A stretch of 64,000 bases of DNA from Polyangiaceae bacterium (GCA_033763455.1 JANRKO010000047.1:32001-96000), one strand, 5' to 3'. Positions 7,351-17,213 are shown, numbered from the stretch's first letter. Notes: generated by a model not told the origin, from the sequence alone. Numbers and translations: made by a program.

Positions 7351-8313
7351 CTAAGGCGGCAAATCTCGCGCACAACGGATCCCAATGTAATCAATGTGAT
7401 TATCCGGGCTATGGTTGCTGCGATAATCTGTGGTGATGCGGCCAGAATCCGAGCCAAAATATCCGCCGCGAATGGAGCGAAGCGTGCTCTCCTTTGTTTC
7501 CGCGCAGTTCACGCACGTAGGTTGATAGGCCGCGTACCAATCGAAGTTCCACTCAAACACGCTGCCGCCAAGATCGGACTGACCAAACTTCCCGTCCCCT
7601 GCCGGAAGGGAACCAACATTGGCGGTATGGATCTGCTTACAGCTCTCCGGATCCGTCGCAGCGACGGTAAAATGGCAGCTAAAGACCGCCCTTAGCGGAG
7701 GGCCAGCAGGCGGGTCTTCACCCCAGGCGTACGACCGCTGCTCGGCGCCACCCGCAGCAGCGTAGTTCCACTCGGCTTCGGTGGGCAGCCTTCCACCATC
7801 CCATAAGCAAAACGCGAAAGCTTCGCTCGAAGCAATGCAATTCATGGGGAGGTTTTCGCCCGCGCCTGGCTCGTCCGTCCAGTGCTGAAAAGCAGCGTCG
7901 CACTTGGCTACTTTGCGCAAGGTTGCGGCATCTTTAGGCAAGGAGGCACTTCGGCTTGCCGTCCACCCCGTACCTGGAATGCGCGGGTGCGCCCCTTCCC
8001 CAACCATTGGGTGCCCGGCGCTCCGCCAGGAATCATAAGCTTCCACGAATTTCCGATAGCGCCCCACGGTTACCTCGAACTTATCGAGCGTAAAATCCGC
8101 AACTTCGGCCGGGAAAGCCGGATCATTGCTGCGATTGAAGGCTCCACCCGTAACCTTCGGGCTCGCGCAGCAGCTTTCATTGCCAAGAGCCCCGCACGTC
8201 TTAGGTAACGTTTGGCAGCTGAGGGGCTCCGCCACCAGGTTCTCCGCTGGCACAGCTTCGGAGCCGCACGCCAACACAAGCCCACACCCAGCACACAGTG
8301 CCAAGACACGCAT
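7351..8313 (-). CDS. Formylglycine-generating enzyme (FGE-sulfatase/SUMF1) domain lipoprotein
   Basis: LDKFEVT, RLPTEAEWNYAA, DLGGSVFEW, RGG, IGIRCAR; lipobox VLAC; start estimated. Confidence 0.9.
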   Translation of the reverse strand: MRVLALCAGCGLVLACGSEAVPAENLVAEPLSCQTLPKTCGALGNESCCASPKVTGGAFNRSNDPAFPAEVADFTLDKFEVTVGRYRKFVEAYDSWRSAGHPMVGEGAHPRIPGTGWTASRSASLPKDAATLRKVAKCDAAFQHWTDEPGAGENLPMNCIASSEAFAFCLWDGGRLPTEAEWNYAAAGGAEQRSYAWGEDPPAGPPLRAVFSCHFTVAATDPESCKQIHTANVGSLPAGDGKFGQSDLGGSVFEWNFDWYAAYQPTCVNCAETKESTLRSIRGGYFGSDSGRITTDYRSNHSPDNHIDYIGIRCARDLPP

Positions 8314-8599
8314 AGCGCTGGCACCAAGCGCCGCGATGCGGCTACGGCCACATATTAACGTGCCGCTAATATGGGCGTAACGGCTAAGGCTTCGCGGTTC
8401 ATCGCTCCGAGGGATCACATTAGGCACTATAACCTCACGCGAGAAGGTTGTCCGCCCAGGTTGCAACGACACACCAGCGCGCACCCGAACGCAGCAATTC
8501 TCCGCGCCTACCCCTCGTGCAGCAGAACCTGGCTACAGCCGCGAATCACATCGCCCCTTTGCCGACGTGGCGGACTCAGAGGGTAGCACCCGTATTCAG

Positions 8600-8680
8600 G
8601 TGCCCCCTCTCGCTTCAGCCGCCCAAGGCGGCCTCAGCGGTCTCCCCCCTGCCAGTCGCTAACGCTCTGGCGGGGGAGAC
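8600..8680. repeat. REP-like palindromic intergenic repeat, copy 1
   Basis: GTGCCCCCTCTCGC...TCTCCCCCCTGCCAGTCGCTAACGCTCTGGCGGGGGAGAC hairpin; similar to 13731-13819. Confidence 0.7.
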
Positions 8681-8701
8681 TGCTCATTGCCCTAGGTACA
8701 G

Positions 8702-9343
8702 TTACTCGGCGTCACCGCAGGTGATCGTAACGTCGTGAGAGTGGCCATCATTGCTGCTGGTGAGCGTCACCGTTCCCGTGGTCTTCAAAGTGGTGAAGTC
8801 CGCGGGCGTCACCATGAGCGTGTGGGTGTGCTCAGGTTCGCCCCCCAACTCAAGCGTGTAAGTTTTCGCTGTACCAGCGATCACGTCAGCAAGAGGCACT
8901 GTTATGGGGTGCTCATGACCTGTCACCGTCATCGCCGTGGGCTCTGCGCTGCACTTGCCGCCATCACCGCTCGACCCACCACCCGTGCCGCTGTTGGTCC
9001 CGCCGGTTTCGTCGTCTGCACCGCCGGTGTTGTTGTTATTCGCGCCACCGGTGTTGCTGGTGCCACCGGTAGCTTTGCCGCCGGTATTCGCGTTGGATGC
9101 ACCGCCGGAGTTGCTCGCCCCGCCCGTGGCTTTGCCGCCCGTGCCGCTCGCCGCTCCACCCGTGGCTTTGCCGCCGGTGCCGCTCGCCGCTCCACCGGTG
9201 CCAGGCTTGCCCCCAGTTGTGTTTCCTGCGCCGCCGCCGCCGCCGCCGGGGCTTGATTCGTCGTCGCTACAAGCGACGCCTACGAGGCCTGCTGCTGCGG
9301 ACACAAAGCCAACTTTGAGTAAGTCTTGTCGGGAAATTTTCAT
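8702..9343 (-). CDS. Tat-like lipoprotein with Gly-rich repeats and a His-rich C-terminal domain
   Basis: MKISRQDLLK...VGVAC; GGAASGTGGKAT repeats; HEH, HTH and HSH motifs; RBS GGAG. Confidence 0.8.
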   Translation of the reverse strand: MKISRQDLLKVGFVSAAAGLVGVACSDDESSPGGGGGGAGNTTGGKPGTGGAASGTGGKATGGAASGTGGKATGGASNSGGASNANTGGKATGGTSNTGGANNNNTGGADDETGGTNSGTGGGSSGDGGKCSAEPTAMTVTGHEHPITVPLADVIAGTAKTYTLELGGEPEHTHTLMVTPADFTTLKTTGTVTLTSSNDGHSHDVTITCGDAE

Positions 9344-9382
9344 GGGATTCTCCAATATGGACCAAGGAAGGAAAGAGCGTCG

Positions 9383-9398
9383 AGCAGCGGTGATTCCA
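9383..9398 (-). promoter_or_regulatory. Possible sigma-54 (-24/-12) promoter
   Basis: TGGAATCACCGCTGCT (GG-N10-GC) about 40 nt upstream of the 9343 start. Confidence 0.3.
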
Positions 9399-9586
9399 AT
9401 GCTCAGGGCGCGCATGCTCTCACAAAAGCGCCCGCGGCTCACCTCCTAAGTTCAACCCAAGCCTGAATCCGAACCGGCGGCCGACAAGAAAGCCGGCCCC
9501 CAGCAACATCGGATTCCCGCCTGTCGGGATCTTAGCACTTCAGACGTAACGGCGGAGCAAAGACTCCCCCGTTTGCCGGCCCCTGC

Positions 9587-10723
9587 TCAATAGCTCGCTT
9601 CATAAAGCGCAAACATATCGTCTCGCGTACACGGCCGTGGGTTCTCGCGGTGGCACGCGTCTTCGAAGGCTAGATCGGCCAATTTTGGTAACAGATCCCG
9701 CGGCACACCCACTTCGCGCAGGCTGCTCGGAAGCTTGAGCGCCGTTCGCAAGTCTCGCAGAGCCTGCCGGCAGGCTCCGCGCTTCGCCTCGCTTCCTAGC
9801 AGCAATGCGATGTGAAACACGCGCTCTGGCACTGCTTCTTCGTTAAACGACACCACAGCCGGCAAACACAACGCATTGGCCAGGCCGTGGTGCAAGCCGC
9901 ACTCAGCTGAAAGCGGATGCGCGAGGGAATGGCAGGCCCCGAGCCCTTTTTGGAAAGCTACCGCCCCCATCATGGCGGCTTTCATCATGCCGCCGCGAGC
10001 TTCGAGATCAGTGCCCTGGCTCATAGCTGTTAATAGATGCTTGTGTACAAGCTCGATCCCTGAAAGAGCAATCGCATCCGCCATGGGGTGATCGCCCACT
10101 GCCAAATAGGCCTCCAGGCAGTGCGTGAGGGCGTCGAAACCAGTAGCGGCGGTGGTGGGCCCTGGCATAGAGAGCGTGAGCGTGGGATCCAAAATAGCCA
10201 CTTTTGCCAGCAAATACGGCGAAAAGATGACGGTCTTTTTGCCAGTGGCTTCCAGAGTTACCACGGCGGCGCGGCCCACTTCGCTACCGGTGCCAGCGGT
10301 AGTGGGGATTTGGATCATAGGCGGGATGCCGGGCATGATGTGTTTGCCACCGTTGATGGCGTCGTCAAAATCCGCCAAAGGGCGCTCGCTGCGCGTGCGT
10401 AGCGCTATCACTTTGGCCGCGTCCATAGGCGAGCCGCCGCCAATCGCAACGATGCCATTGGCGCCAAACTCTGAATAAGCTTTTGCACCCGCCTCTACGT
10501 TCGCCTCGGTGGGGTTGCCGTCAACGCCCGAAAATACGGACACCTTGATGTCCGCCGCCTCCAGCGACTCCACCACCTTGCCCACGATATTGGCCTTCAG
10601 AACGCCAGGGTCGGTCACAATCAAGACGCGTGACATTGCGAAGGACCTGGCTTCGGCGCCAACGCGCGACACCTCCCCGGCTCCAAACACGATTCTGGTG
10701 GGAAAACTCCAAATTGCAGTCAT
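9587..10723 (-). CDS. Iron-containing alcohol dehydrogenase
   Basis: GGGSPMD, PTTAGTGSE, DALTHCLE, HSLAH, HHG. Confidence 0.95.
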   Translation of the reverse strand: MTAIWSFPTRIVFGAGEVSRVGAEARSFAMSRVLIVTDPGVLKANIVGKVVESLEAADIKVSVFSGVDGNPTEANVEAGAKAYSEFGANGIVAIGGGSPMDAAKVIALRTRSERPLADFDDAINGGKHIMPGIPPMIQIPTTAGTGSEVGRAAVVTLEATGKKTVIFSPYLLAKVAILDPTLTLSMPGPTTAATGFDALTHCLEAYLAVGDHPMADAIALSGIELVHKHLLTAMSQGTDLEARGGMMKAAMMGAVAFQKGLGACHSLAHPLSAECGLHHGLANALCLPAVVSFNEEAVPERVFHIALLLGSEAKRGACRQALRDLRTALKLPSSLREVGVPRDLLPKLADLAFEDACHRENPRPCTRDDMFALYEASY

Positions 10724-10800
10724 TTTTGCTCCTTGTGGGTGCTCACGGATGGACTTTTAGGAAAGAAATGAGGGCACTTCTAGCGGCAAGCGTAGGGCGC

Positions 10801-12198
10801 TCATGTGAGTTCGAAGTAACGACGCCGTTCCCAATCGGTGACAGCGCGTTCGGCGCAGCGGACTTCCCAATCACGCGTCCGGGAGTAGTGATTCACAAAA
10901 GCCTCGCCAAATACCTCGCGGGCCGCGCGGCTTTCTGAAAAAATCCGATTGGCGTCGCGAAGGTTCACCGGCAAGCGTTGGGATGCGTCGGTGCCCGGGT
11001 CCCCCTTGGTTTCGGGCGGCAATGAGAGCTCATGTTCGATGCCGTAGAGGCCGGCGCCGAGGCCCGCGGCCATGGCAACGTAGGGGTTGATGTCGGCTGC
11101 GCCCTGGCGGTGTTCCACGCGAATGGCACGAGGATCTTTGGTGCCGATAACCCGGAGCGCACAGGTTCTGTTTTCAATTCCCCAAGATGGCAAAAGCGGT
11201 GCCCAAAGCCCTGGCACGTAGCGCTTGTAGCTGTTGATGTTGGGCGAAACCATGGCCGTGAGCTCACGCAAAAGAGCCATTTGGCCGCCGATATAGTGCT
11301 GCATCACGCTTGACATGCCGCTCGGCTGCTGGGGATCGAAGAAGGCATTTTTGCCGTTTTTCCAGAGGCTTTGGTGAATGTGGCCTCCGCAGCCAGGCAA
11401 ATCCGCGTTCCATTTCGCCATGAAGGTAACGGAGAGCCCGTGGCGGTGAACGACCTGTTTGAGCGTTGTCTTGAAAAGCGCGGCTTGATCAGCGGCGTTC
11501 AAAATATCGTCGTAACGGATGGCCGCTTCGTAAACGCCTGGGCCCGTTTCTGTGTGGAGGCCTTCAAGTTCTATCCCAAAATCGCGACACGTATCCCAGA
11601 TATCGCGCATCAGCTCTTGATCTTGGCCCGTACGCACCCAGCTGTAACCCATCATCTGTGGGTCGAGCGGCGTGAGCCCGTGGAAGTTCTTTTCGTAGAG
11701 AGAATCCCGCGTTTCCCGGAAGATGAAAAACTCAAATTCGGCGGAGAATTTGGGCAAAAAACCCATACTTTCGGCACGCGCAAGTTGCGCCTTCAAGAGC
11801 GAGCGTGGGCATGCTGGGTGGGCTTCTCCCTGGCCATCCCGAAAATCGGCGAGAATGGCAACAACGCCCGGCTCCCACGGAATACGGCGCAGCGTGCTCG
11901 GGTCGAGCACGGCCTGCACATCAGGGTAGCCCGTATGCCAGCCGGTAACCTGCGCGTTATCGTACAGCGCATCGTTGATATCCCAGCCAAAAATCACATC
12001 ACAAAATCCGAACCCGCTGCCGAGAGCGGAGCGCAGCTTGTCGAGCGATACGTATTTCCCGCGGAGAACGCCATCCAGATCGAATCCCCCAATCTTTGCC
12101 CGCGAAATCCCCTCTTTATCGAGCTTATCCACCAGGGTTGCGAGCAATGGGCCGTCTGAGCCAGTCGGCGCTCGATCGCGCTTCTCCTTTTTCGCCAT
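10801..12198 (-). CDS. Glutamine synthetase-like protein (gamma-glutamyl-amine ligase type)
   Basis: DLDGVLRGK, EFEFF, HTETGPGVYE, GCGGHIHQS, NSYKR, WGIENRTCALR. Confidence 0.9.
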   Translation of the reverse strand: MAKKEKRDRAPTGSDGPLLATLVDKLDKEGISRAKIGGFDLDGVLRGKYVSLDKLRSALGSGFGFCDVIFGWDINDALYDNAQVTGWHTGYPDVQAVLDPSTLRRIPWEPGVVAILADFRDGQGEAHPACPRSLLKAQLARAESMGFLPKFSAEFEFFIFRETRDSLYEKNFHGLTPLDPQMMGYSWVRTGQDQELMRDIWDTCRDFGIELEGLHTETGPGVYEAAIRYDDILNAADQAALFKTTLKQVVHRHGLSVTFMAKWNADLPGCGGHIHQSLWKNGKNAFFDPQQPSGMSSVMQHYIGGQMALLRELTAMVSPNINSYKRYVPGLWAPLLPSWGIENRTCALRVIGTKDPRAIRVEHRQGAADINPYVAMAAGLGAGLYGIEHELSLPPETKGDPGTDASQRLPVNLRDANRIFSESRAAREVFGEAFVNHYSRTRDWEVRCAERAVTDWERRRYFELT

Positions 12199-12252
12199 CG
12201 CCCCATGATGGCAGGGAAGCCGTGTTTTCCGCAATGCGGAGCTCACCCAGCA

Positions 12253-13650
12253 TTAGTCCGTCTTCACAAGTTCACTGACGATCTGGGCCACGCCCAAAAG
12301 GCCCAGGGCCGCCGCCGCCCAGCTGGAGCGAACGGGCCCCACCATCAAGAGCTCTCCGGTGCTGGTCGCGTAGCCCACGCCAATGAGCGTGGCCACAAGA
12401 GCCGCTCCGAGCAGCAACAGGCCCGGCAGCAAACGTGTACCAAGCGGTCGGCGGCGTGGGCGCCCCCGTTCGATATTCACCGCCATGGCTCGGGACATAA
12501 CGATGGGTACTTGGCCGTGCGAGAAGCCGACGCCACTCGCCGGCGCGGGGGCCGACCTCCGAGAGTTTGGAATCTCGAATTCCTGCTCGCGCTCCATTTC
12601 TGCGCGCAACAAGGTCGGCGCGTCGGCAGGAACGCGCACCTGCCGGGCAGACACTGGGCCAGGCACGCTCCCTTCGATCCTCGGTTGGCTGCGAATAGAA
12701 ATGTTTGAACGGGCGGCCGCTTCAAGCGCATCCCAGAATTCGCCCGCCTCCTGGTAGCGGTGCCGCGGATCGAGAGCTAAAGCGCGCAAAAATACGGCTT
12801 CAACAGCATCGTTGATGGCCACCCCCTCGCTACGAGGCGTGGGACGGCGTTGAGGATCGAGCGTGGTGCCCATAATGGCCGCGTGGTCCCCCTCCAGCAC
12901 AGCATGACCGATTAACATCTCCACCAGCACGAGCGCCAAGCCGTACACGTCTGTCCACGGGCCCGTTTGGCCGTAGGTTTTCGGTACCCATTGCTCGGGA
13001 GCGCCGTATGCGGGCGTAAACGGGGAAAAGCCGGCCTGGGTCTGGCTTTGCCGGCCTGCGACTTGGCTCGCCACACTTTTGGCTTTGCCGATCCCAAAAT
13101 CCAAAATCTTCACCTGGCGTTGACCTGCGACGTTCGCCACGAAAATGTTCTCGGGCTTCAAATCGCGATGCACCACGGAAATGGGCCCCTCTGGCCCAAC
13201 GAAGTTGTGCGCTCGTTCCAGGGCGCGGGCGACGGGGGTGAGCAGATCGAGAACTTCTTGCAGCGAATACGGCCCCTCACCATTGGCGAAGCGCCGATTC
13301 ATCACCGCATCCAGCGTTTCACCCTCCAGCCATTCGAGCACAATATACGGGACAAAGTCGCCGTGCCGGCTGGTGAATGCGTCGACGTGCAGCGGCCTCA
13401 CCACCGTTGGGATACTCGCCGAAAGCTTGAACAGCAGTTCCGCTTCCCGCCGAAACTGCTCCAAGAATAGTGCGTGCTGCTCGCTCGAGAGCTGCTGCGG
13501 GATCTTCAAACATTTGAGCGCCACATCGGCCCGAAAACCTCGATGGTGGGCGCGATACACCACGCCGAAACCACCCTCAGCCACCGCGCGATCCACCTCA
13601 TACGCGCCAGCAATCTTCTTCCCCACAATACCGAAGACGTCGTCTGTCAT
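12253..13650 (-). CDS. Ser/Thr protein kinase with two C-terminal TM helices
   Basis: GGFGVVY, VALK, HRDLKPEN, DFG, APE, DVYGL. Confidence 0.95.
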   Translation of the reverse strand: MTDDVFGIVGKKIAGAYEVDRAVAEGGFGVVYRAHHRGFRADVALKCLKIPQQLSSEQHALFLEQFRREAELLFKLSASIPTVVRPLHVDAFTSRHGDFVPYIVLEWLEGETLDAVMNRRFANGEGPYSLQEVLDLLTPVARALERAHNFVGPEGPISVVHRDLKPENIFVANVAGQRQVKILDFGIGKAKSVASQVAGRQSQTQAGFSPFTPAYGAPEQWVPKTYGQTGPWTDVYGLALVLVEMLIGHAVLEGDHAAIMGTTLDPQRRPTPRSEGVAINDAVEAVFLRALALDPRHRYQEAGEFWDALEAAARSNISIRSQPRIEGSVPGPVSARQVRVPADAPTLLRAEMEREQEFEIPNSRRSAPAPASGVGFSHGQVPIVMSRAMAVNIERGRPRRRPLGTRLLPGLLLLGAALVATLIGVGYATSTGELLMVGPVRSSWAAAALGLLGVAQIVSELVKTD

Positions 13651-13730
13651 GCGCTCACGGCCGAGGGAGGCTTTGCCCAAGCGTGGAACACTAACAGATT
13701 CTTGGCGCCTGGGAAGAGCGAGGCTTTTTC

Positions 13731-13819
13731 GTGCCCCCACTCGCCTTGCTCTCGCGCCAAGCGCGCTTCGCTCGGCGTTCTCCCCCCGGCCAGTCGCTTC
13801 GCTCTGGCAGGGGAGAGAC
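13731..13819. repeat. REP-like palindromic intergenic repeat, copy 2
   Basis: GTGCCCCCACTCGC...TCTCCCCCCGGCCAGTCGCTTCGCTCTGGCAGGGGAGAGAC. Confidence 0.7.
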
Positions 13820-13836
13820 CTTACGTACGCCTACCG

Positions 13837-15009
13837 TTACCCGCCTGCGCCACCGCCGCCAGCGTTCACGCCACCGGTTGCTGCGGCTCCGCCCGCTGCG
13901 GGCGCTCCAGCCGAGCCCGACCCCCCAGTTGCCGCCGCACCACCTGCGCCTGCTCCACCGGCTCCGCCGCCAGCACAGGTATCGATGATGGAGGCAGTGG
14001 TAGCCGGTGTATCGGTTGCACGTTGGATATCACAAATGCCTTTACGCCCGAGGGCGGCTTCCGCGTTCGCATTCCCGAAGCACTTCATGTCCGGGTTCGC
14101 GCAGTCTGCCGAGCAATCGCACAGCTTGGTGCAAAGGCCTACGTCCCCTACGCCACCGTTTTGCAGGGCGGGCAAACAGAATCCATCTAGTTTCATCCCA
14201 CCTCCTGGATTGCAGGAGTCAGGCGACCCCACCGTACAGCCGTCTCCACAAGCGCCAATGGTTGCCGAAAAGGGTACGCACAACCCGCGGCAGGGATCCG
14301 TGGCCGCATTGGGATCACACTTGGCTCCTGTGGCAAGCCCTGCCGGGGGTGTCGCCTGGCAGAGCCCAAAGGATAAGAACGCCGAGGCGGCGCTGCAGGT
14401 TGTGCCATTCACGCACTCACCTACCGCTCCGTTGCATTGGGGTGCACAGAAATTGCCTAGGATGGCGCCTGTCGAATCGAACGCTGGGGCGCAAGCCACT
14501 TCAGGCCTACCGTGGCATTTGTTGTTGAGGTCAGCCTGGGTGGCAGGGGTGTCTGGCAAACACGTCTCAAGGCAGAAACCGTTGCCCTGCTGATCCAGAG
14601 AAATGCACGCAACGTTACGACCAAACTGCTGGCAAACTCCCGGATTTGCGGAGGTGCAAGGCGCGGTACAAAGACCACCCGGAGGGCCGCCGCCGCCCAA
14701 ATCAGTTGAACTACTGGTGAGGCACTTCAAGCCGGTACCGCAGGCGGCGTCGTTGGCGCAGCGCGCACCCACCGTTGTGCTTGCGTTGGCGCCACCACCG
14801 GTAGCTGTGTTGCCCCCAGTCACGGCCCCGTTGCCGCCAGTGTTGCCGCGCCCACCAGTACCCGGCAAAACTCCTCCCCCGCCAACACCAGCACCGCTTC
14901 CGCCAGCTCCCGAGTCGCTCGCTACTTCATTGCTCCCGCAGCCCGGCGCCGCACCAAAAGCCAACAAACACCCAACTCCGGCAGTCAACCATGGCAGCAG
15001 CTTTTTCAT
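13837..15009 (-). CDS. Cys-rich lipoprotein with Gly-rich flanks (paralog of 6100-7260)
   Basis: Signal peptide ending APGC; RBS GGAG; Cys pattern shared with 6100-7260. Confidence 0.85.
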   Translation of the reverse strand: MKKLLPWLTAGVGCLLAFGAAPGCGSNEVASDSGAGGSGAGVGGGGVLPGTGGRGNTGGNGAVTGGNTATGGGANASTTVGARCANDAACGTGLKCLTSSSTDLGGGGPPGGLCTAPCTSANPGVCQQFGRNVACISLDQQGNGFCLETCLPDTPATQADLNNKCHGRPEVACAPAFDSTGAILGNFCAPQCNGAVGECVNGTTCSAASAFLSFGLCQATPPAGLATGAKCDPNAATDPCRGLCVPFSATIGACGDGCTVGSPDSCNPGGGMKLDGFCLPALQNGGVGDVGLCTKLCDCSADCANPDMKCFGNANAEAALGRKGICDIQRATDTPATTASIIDTCAGGGAGGAGAGGAAATGGSGSAGAPAAGGAAATGGVNAGGGGAGG

Positions 15010-15216
15010 GAAACGGGGGATCTCCTAGGGGTAGTCCAGTGACGCTAGAGTTCCTGGTTGTGTGAGGGAACGCAAGAACAAACGCCTCACCTTACTTCGC
15101 TGATCCGCGGCGGAGTGCTGGATTGCCCGAGCCGACACCTTCCCGAATGGATTTTTCCTAAAATTCCTGGTGGAGGTGCCTGGGGTTTCGATGTAAGGGA
15201 GCCGCTCGAAAATTCA

Positions 15217-15289
15217 GGGCCGATAGCTCAGTCGGTAGAGCAGTGGATTTTTAATCCATTGGTCGAGGGTTCGAATCCCTCTCGGCCCA
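15217..15289 (+). tRNA. tRNA-Lys(TTT), CCA not encoded
   Basis: GGGCCGA...TCGGCCC-A acceptor; D-arm GCTCAGTCGGTAGAGC; anticodon arm GTGGA-TTTTTAA-TCCAT; GGTTCGAATCC. Confidence 0.95.
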
Positions 15290-15365
15290 CTCAATACTTC
15301 CCCGCCTATCCCGCCTGTTTCCGAACCGGCCTGCCTAGCTCCCTAAAATTCTATATCCTGCGGCT

Positions 15366-15953
15366 ATGTCCGAACCTGCCAAGCGGCGAGCCATCTGGGA
15401 CGACCTTTTAGACGTCGCCGAAGGCTACGTGGGGGAAATCGTAGACGGGGAGCTCAACGTGGTTCCTCGACCCGCACCCCCACACGCGGAAACAGCCTCC
15501 GACCTCGGCGGCGTGCTAACTCCGCCCTTTCGGTTCGGGCGCGGTGGCCCCGGCGGCTGGGTGATCGTCGATGAACCTCGGCTTGCGGTCTTGAGGGATA
15601 TCCGCGTGCCGGATTTAGCGGGATGGAAGAAGGAGCGGTACGTCCGGCCGGAGCTTGGCCCGTACACCGTGGTTCCAGATTGGATCTGCGAAATCTTGTC
15701 GCCTTCCACTGCTGTGAGCGATCGGACTGAGAAATTGCCACTCTACGCCCGCGCAGGGGTACCATTTGTGTGGCTGATCGATCCGGTCGGATTTTCATTG
15801 GAAGTCTATGAGCTCGAAAGGGATCGATATTTCCTGGCGCTCACGGCTCAAGGGCGTGCCACACTCCGCGTTCCACCATTTGCTGCGATTGAGATCGAGC
15901 TTGAATTGCTCTGGGGCGACCGGCTCGCCGAAGCCGAGGCCTCAGACCGTTAG
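15366..15953 (+). CDS. Uma2 (DUF820) family endonuclease
   Basis: EIVDGEL..PRPAPPH, VPDLAGW, PDWICEILSPST, KLPLYARAGVPFVWLIDP. Confidence 0.92.
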   Translation: MSEPAKRRAIWDDLLDVAEGYVGEIVDGELNVVPRPAPPHAETASDLGGVLTPPFRFGRGGPGGWVIVDEPRLAVLRDIRVPDLAGWKKERYVRPELGPYTVVPDWICEILSPSTAVSDRTEKLPLYARAGVPFVWLIDPVGFSLEVYELERDRYFLALTAQGRATLRVPPFAAIEIELELLWGDRLAEAEASDR

Positions 15954-17192
15954 AATTTCGTAGACGCGGACGCGCAATTGCTGCTCCACCGCCGGCCCGA
16001 GCAATGCCCCCGCGCTAAATAGCGCAAAGCTCACGTATTCCTGGAACATCTGTGCCAAAACGGCGTCGGGGGCCGCGCCCCCGGAGAGCAACAGCGCATT
16101 CTCTGCAACTTGATCGGGATCCAATTGGCCCCTTTCATCGGGCCCAGCTCCCCGAAAAAGGATGTCGTACATGCCCGCGCCGTTTGCGAAGCTGGCTAAG
16201 GCGTTAGCCAGCTCGGGCACTCTCTGCGCTTCCGCCAAGGCATAAAACACGACGCTGATAGCATTGTTGGCGCGTGCAACAATCGCCGTTGGCCCCCCTG
16301 AAACCGGCGGCGGTATTACCTCAACGTGCTTGGATTGCATGAGCGCGTAGATTTGCCGCGTTGTCTCAAATTCCCCTAGGCCCGTCTGACGGCCGATTTC
16401 TTCCACATTTCGTGCACCGTCGATCGCGGCGTACACAGTCGCAAACTCATCTGGCCCCTGGGCCATTAGGCTCGTTGGCTTTGGCACGTGAAGGTGCGAG
16501 GGCACCTTTTGTCGAAAATACTTGAGCTCATCCAACCGGGTAACGCCATCCATCAAGATGGAGTTCGCGCTTGCCGTGTGCCGGGAGCTCACCAGCGCGT
16601 CGTCAAATCCATCCAAAAAGAAGAAGGTTCCGTCGGCCACCATGAGGGTCGCAAACACCACCTCCCTCACCTGTTTGCCGATGTATTGGTACACAGCCTC
16701 TGGCTCTAGAAAGCCGAGCTCCACGGCCGCCTCACCAAACCGGCGCCCACCTTCAACGCGTGCCTCAATGGCTTGAAGCTGAGGCAATGTGAGCCCGCCG
16801 AAGTGGTAAATCACGGCGCCAAGGCGTTCTTCTTTCACGTTGGTGGCAACGCCAACAATGTTGCCTTGGTCGAAGAATATTGAACGCTCAGCGCCCTCTA
16901 ACGCGTCGGAGACGGTAAGCTCGCCCCTCCAACCCGATTGCGCCAAGAGCGCCAAAATATCACACATGGAGCCCGGCGCGGTGAGCTCTCCGCCGAGCCG
17001 GACGATGGCACCATCTTCGTCATCGCGCTGACCATCCTCCCCGGTGTACCGCATGAACACGACGTGTTTCGGTCCCGGCAGCATCCGAAAAGTACCCTCG
17101 CGGAAGCGGAGGCGTTGGCTGGCAAGTGTCCCAATGGGATGAGCTCCGCCTTGCGAGTCGATACGGACCAGTTCGTCGCGAACGTCCTTCAT
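15942..17192 (-). CDS. DUF4388-domain protein
   Basis: DILALLAQSGWRGELTV...IFFDQGNIV...ERLG...GTFFF...ILMDGVTRLDE. Confidence 0.8.
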   Translation of the reverse strand: MKDVRDELVRIDSQGGAHPIGTLASQRLRFREGTFRMLPGPKHVVFMRYTGEDGQRDDEDGAIVRLGGELTAPGSMCDILALLAQSGWRGELTVSDALEGAERSIFFDQGNIVGVATNVKEERLGAVIYHFGGLTLPQLQAIEARVEGGRRFGEAAVELGFLEPEAVYQYIGKQVREVVFATLMVADGTFFFLDGFDDALVSSRHTASANSILMDGVTRLDELKYFRQKVPSHLHVPKPTSLMAQGPDEFATVYAAIDGARNVEEIGRQTGLGEFETTRQIYALMQSKHVEVIPPPVSGGPTAIVARANNAISVVFYALAEAQRVPELANALASFANGAGMYDILFRGAGPDERGQLDPDQVAENALLLSGGAAPDAVLAQMFQEYVSFALFSAGALLGPAVEQQLRVRVYEILTV

Positions 17193-17213
17193 GAGCCCGA
17201 AATCATACAGCGG

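Noticed and set aside
7351..7480. FGE/C-type lectin C-terminus as a diversity-generating retroelement target
   Set aside because: No reverse transcriptase and no template-repeat copy seen in the window.
9060..9250. Tandem repeats as a non-coding element
   Set aside because: They are in-frame Gly/Thr linker repeats within a lipoprotein gene.
13145..14593. Long plus-strand ORF (482 aa) and similar shadow ORFs such as 6044-6694, 49021-49971 and 53511-54752
   Set aside because: Antisense to well-supported genes; expected in GC-rich DNA.
15217..15953. Island integrated at tRNA-Lys
   Set aside because: Only a Uma2 gene follows; no integrase or 3' tRNA duplication seen, and core genes resume at once.
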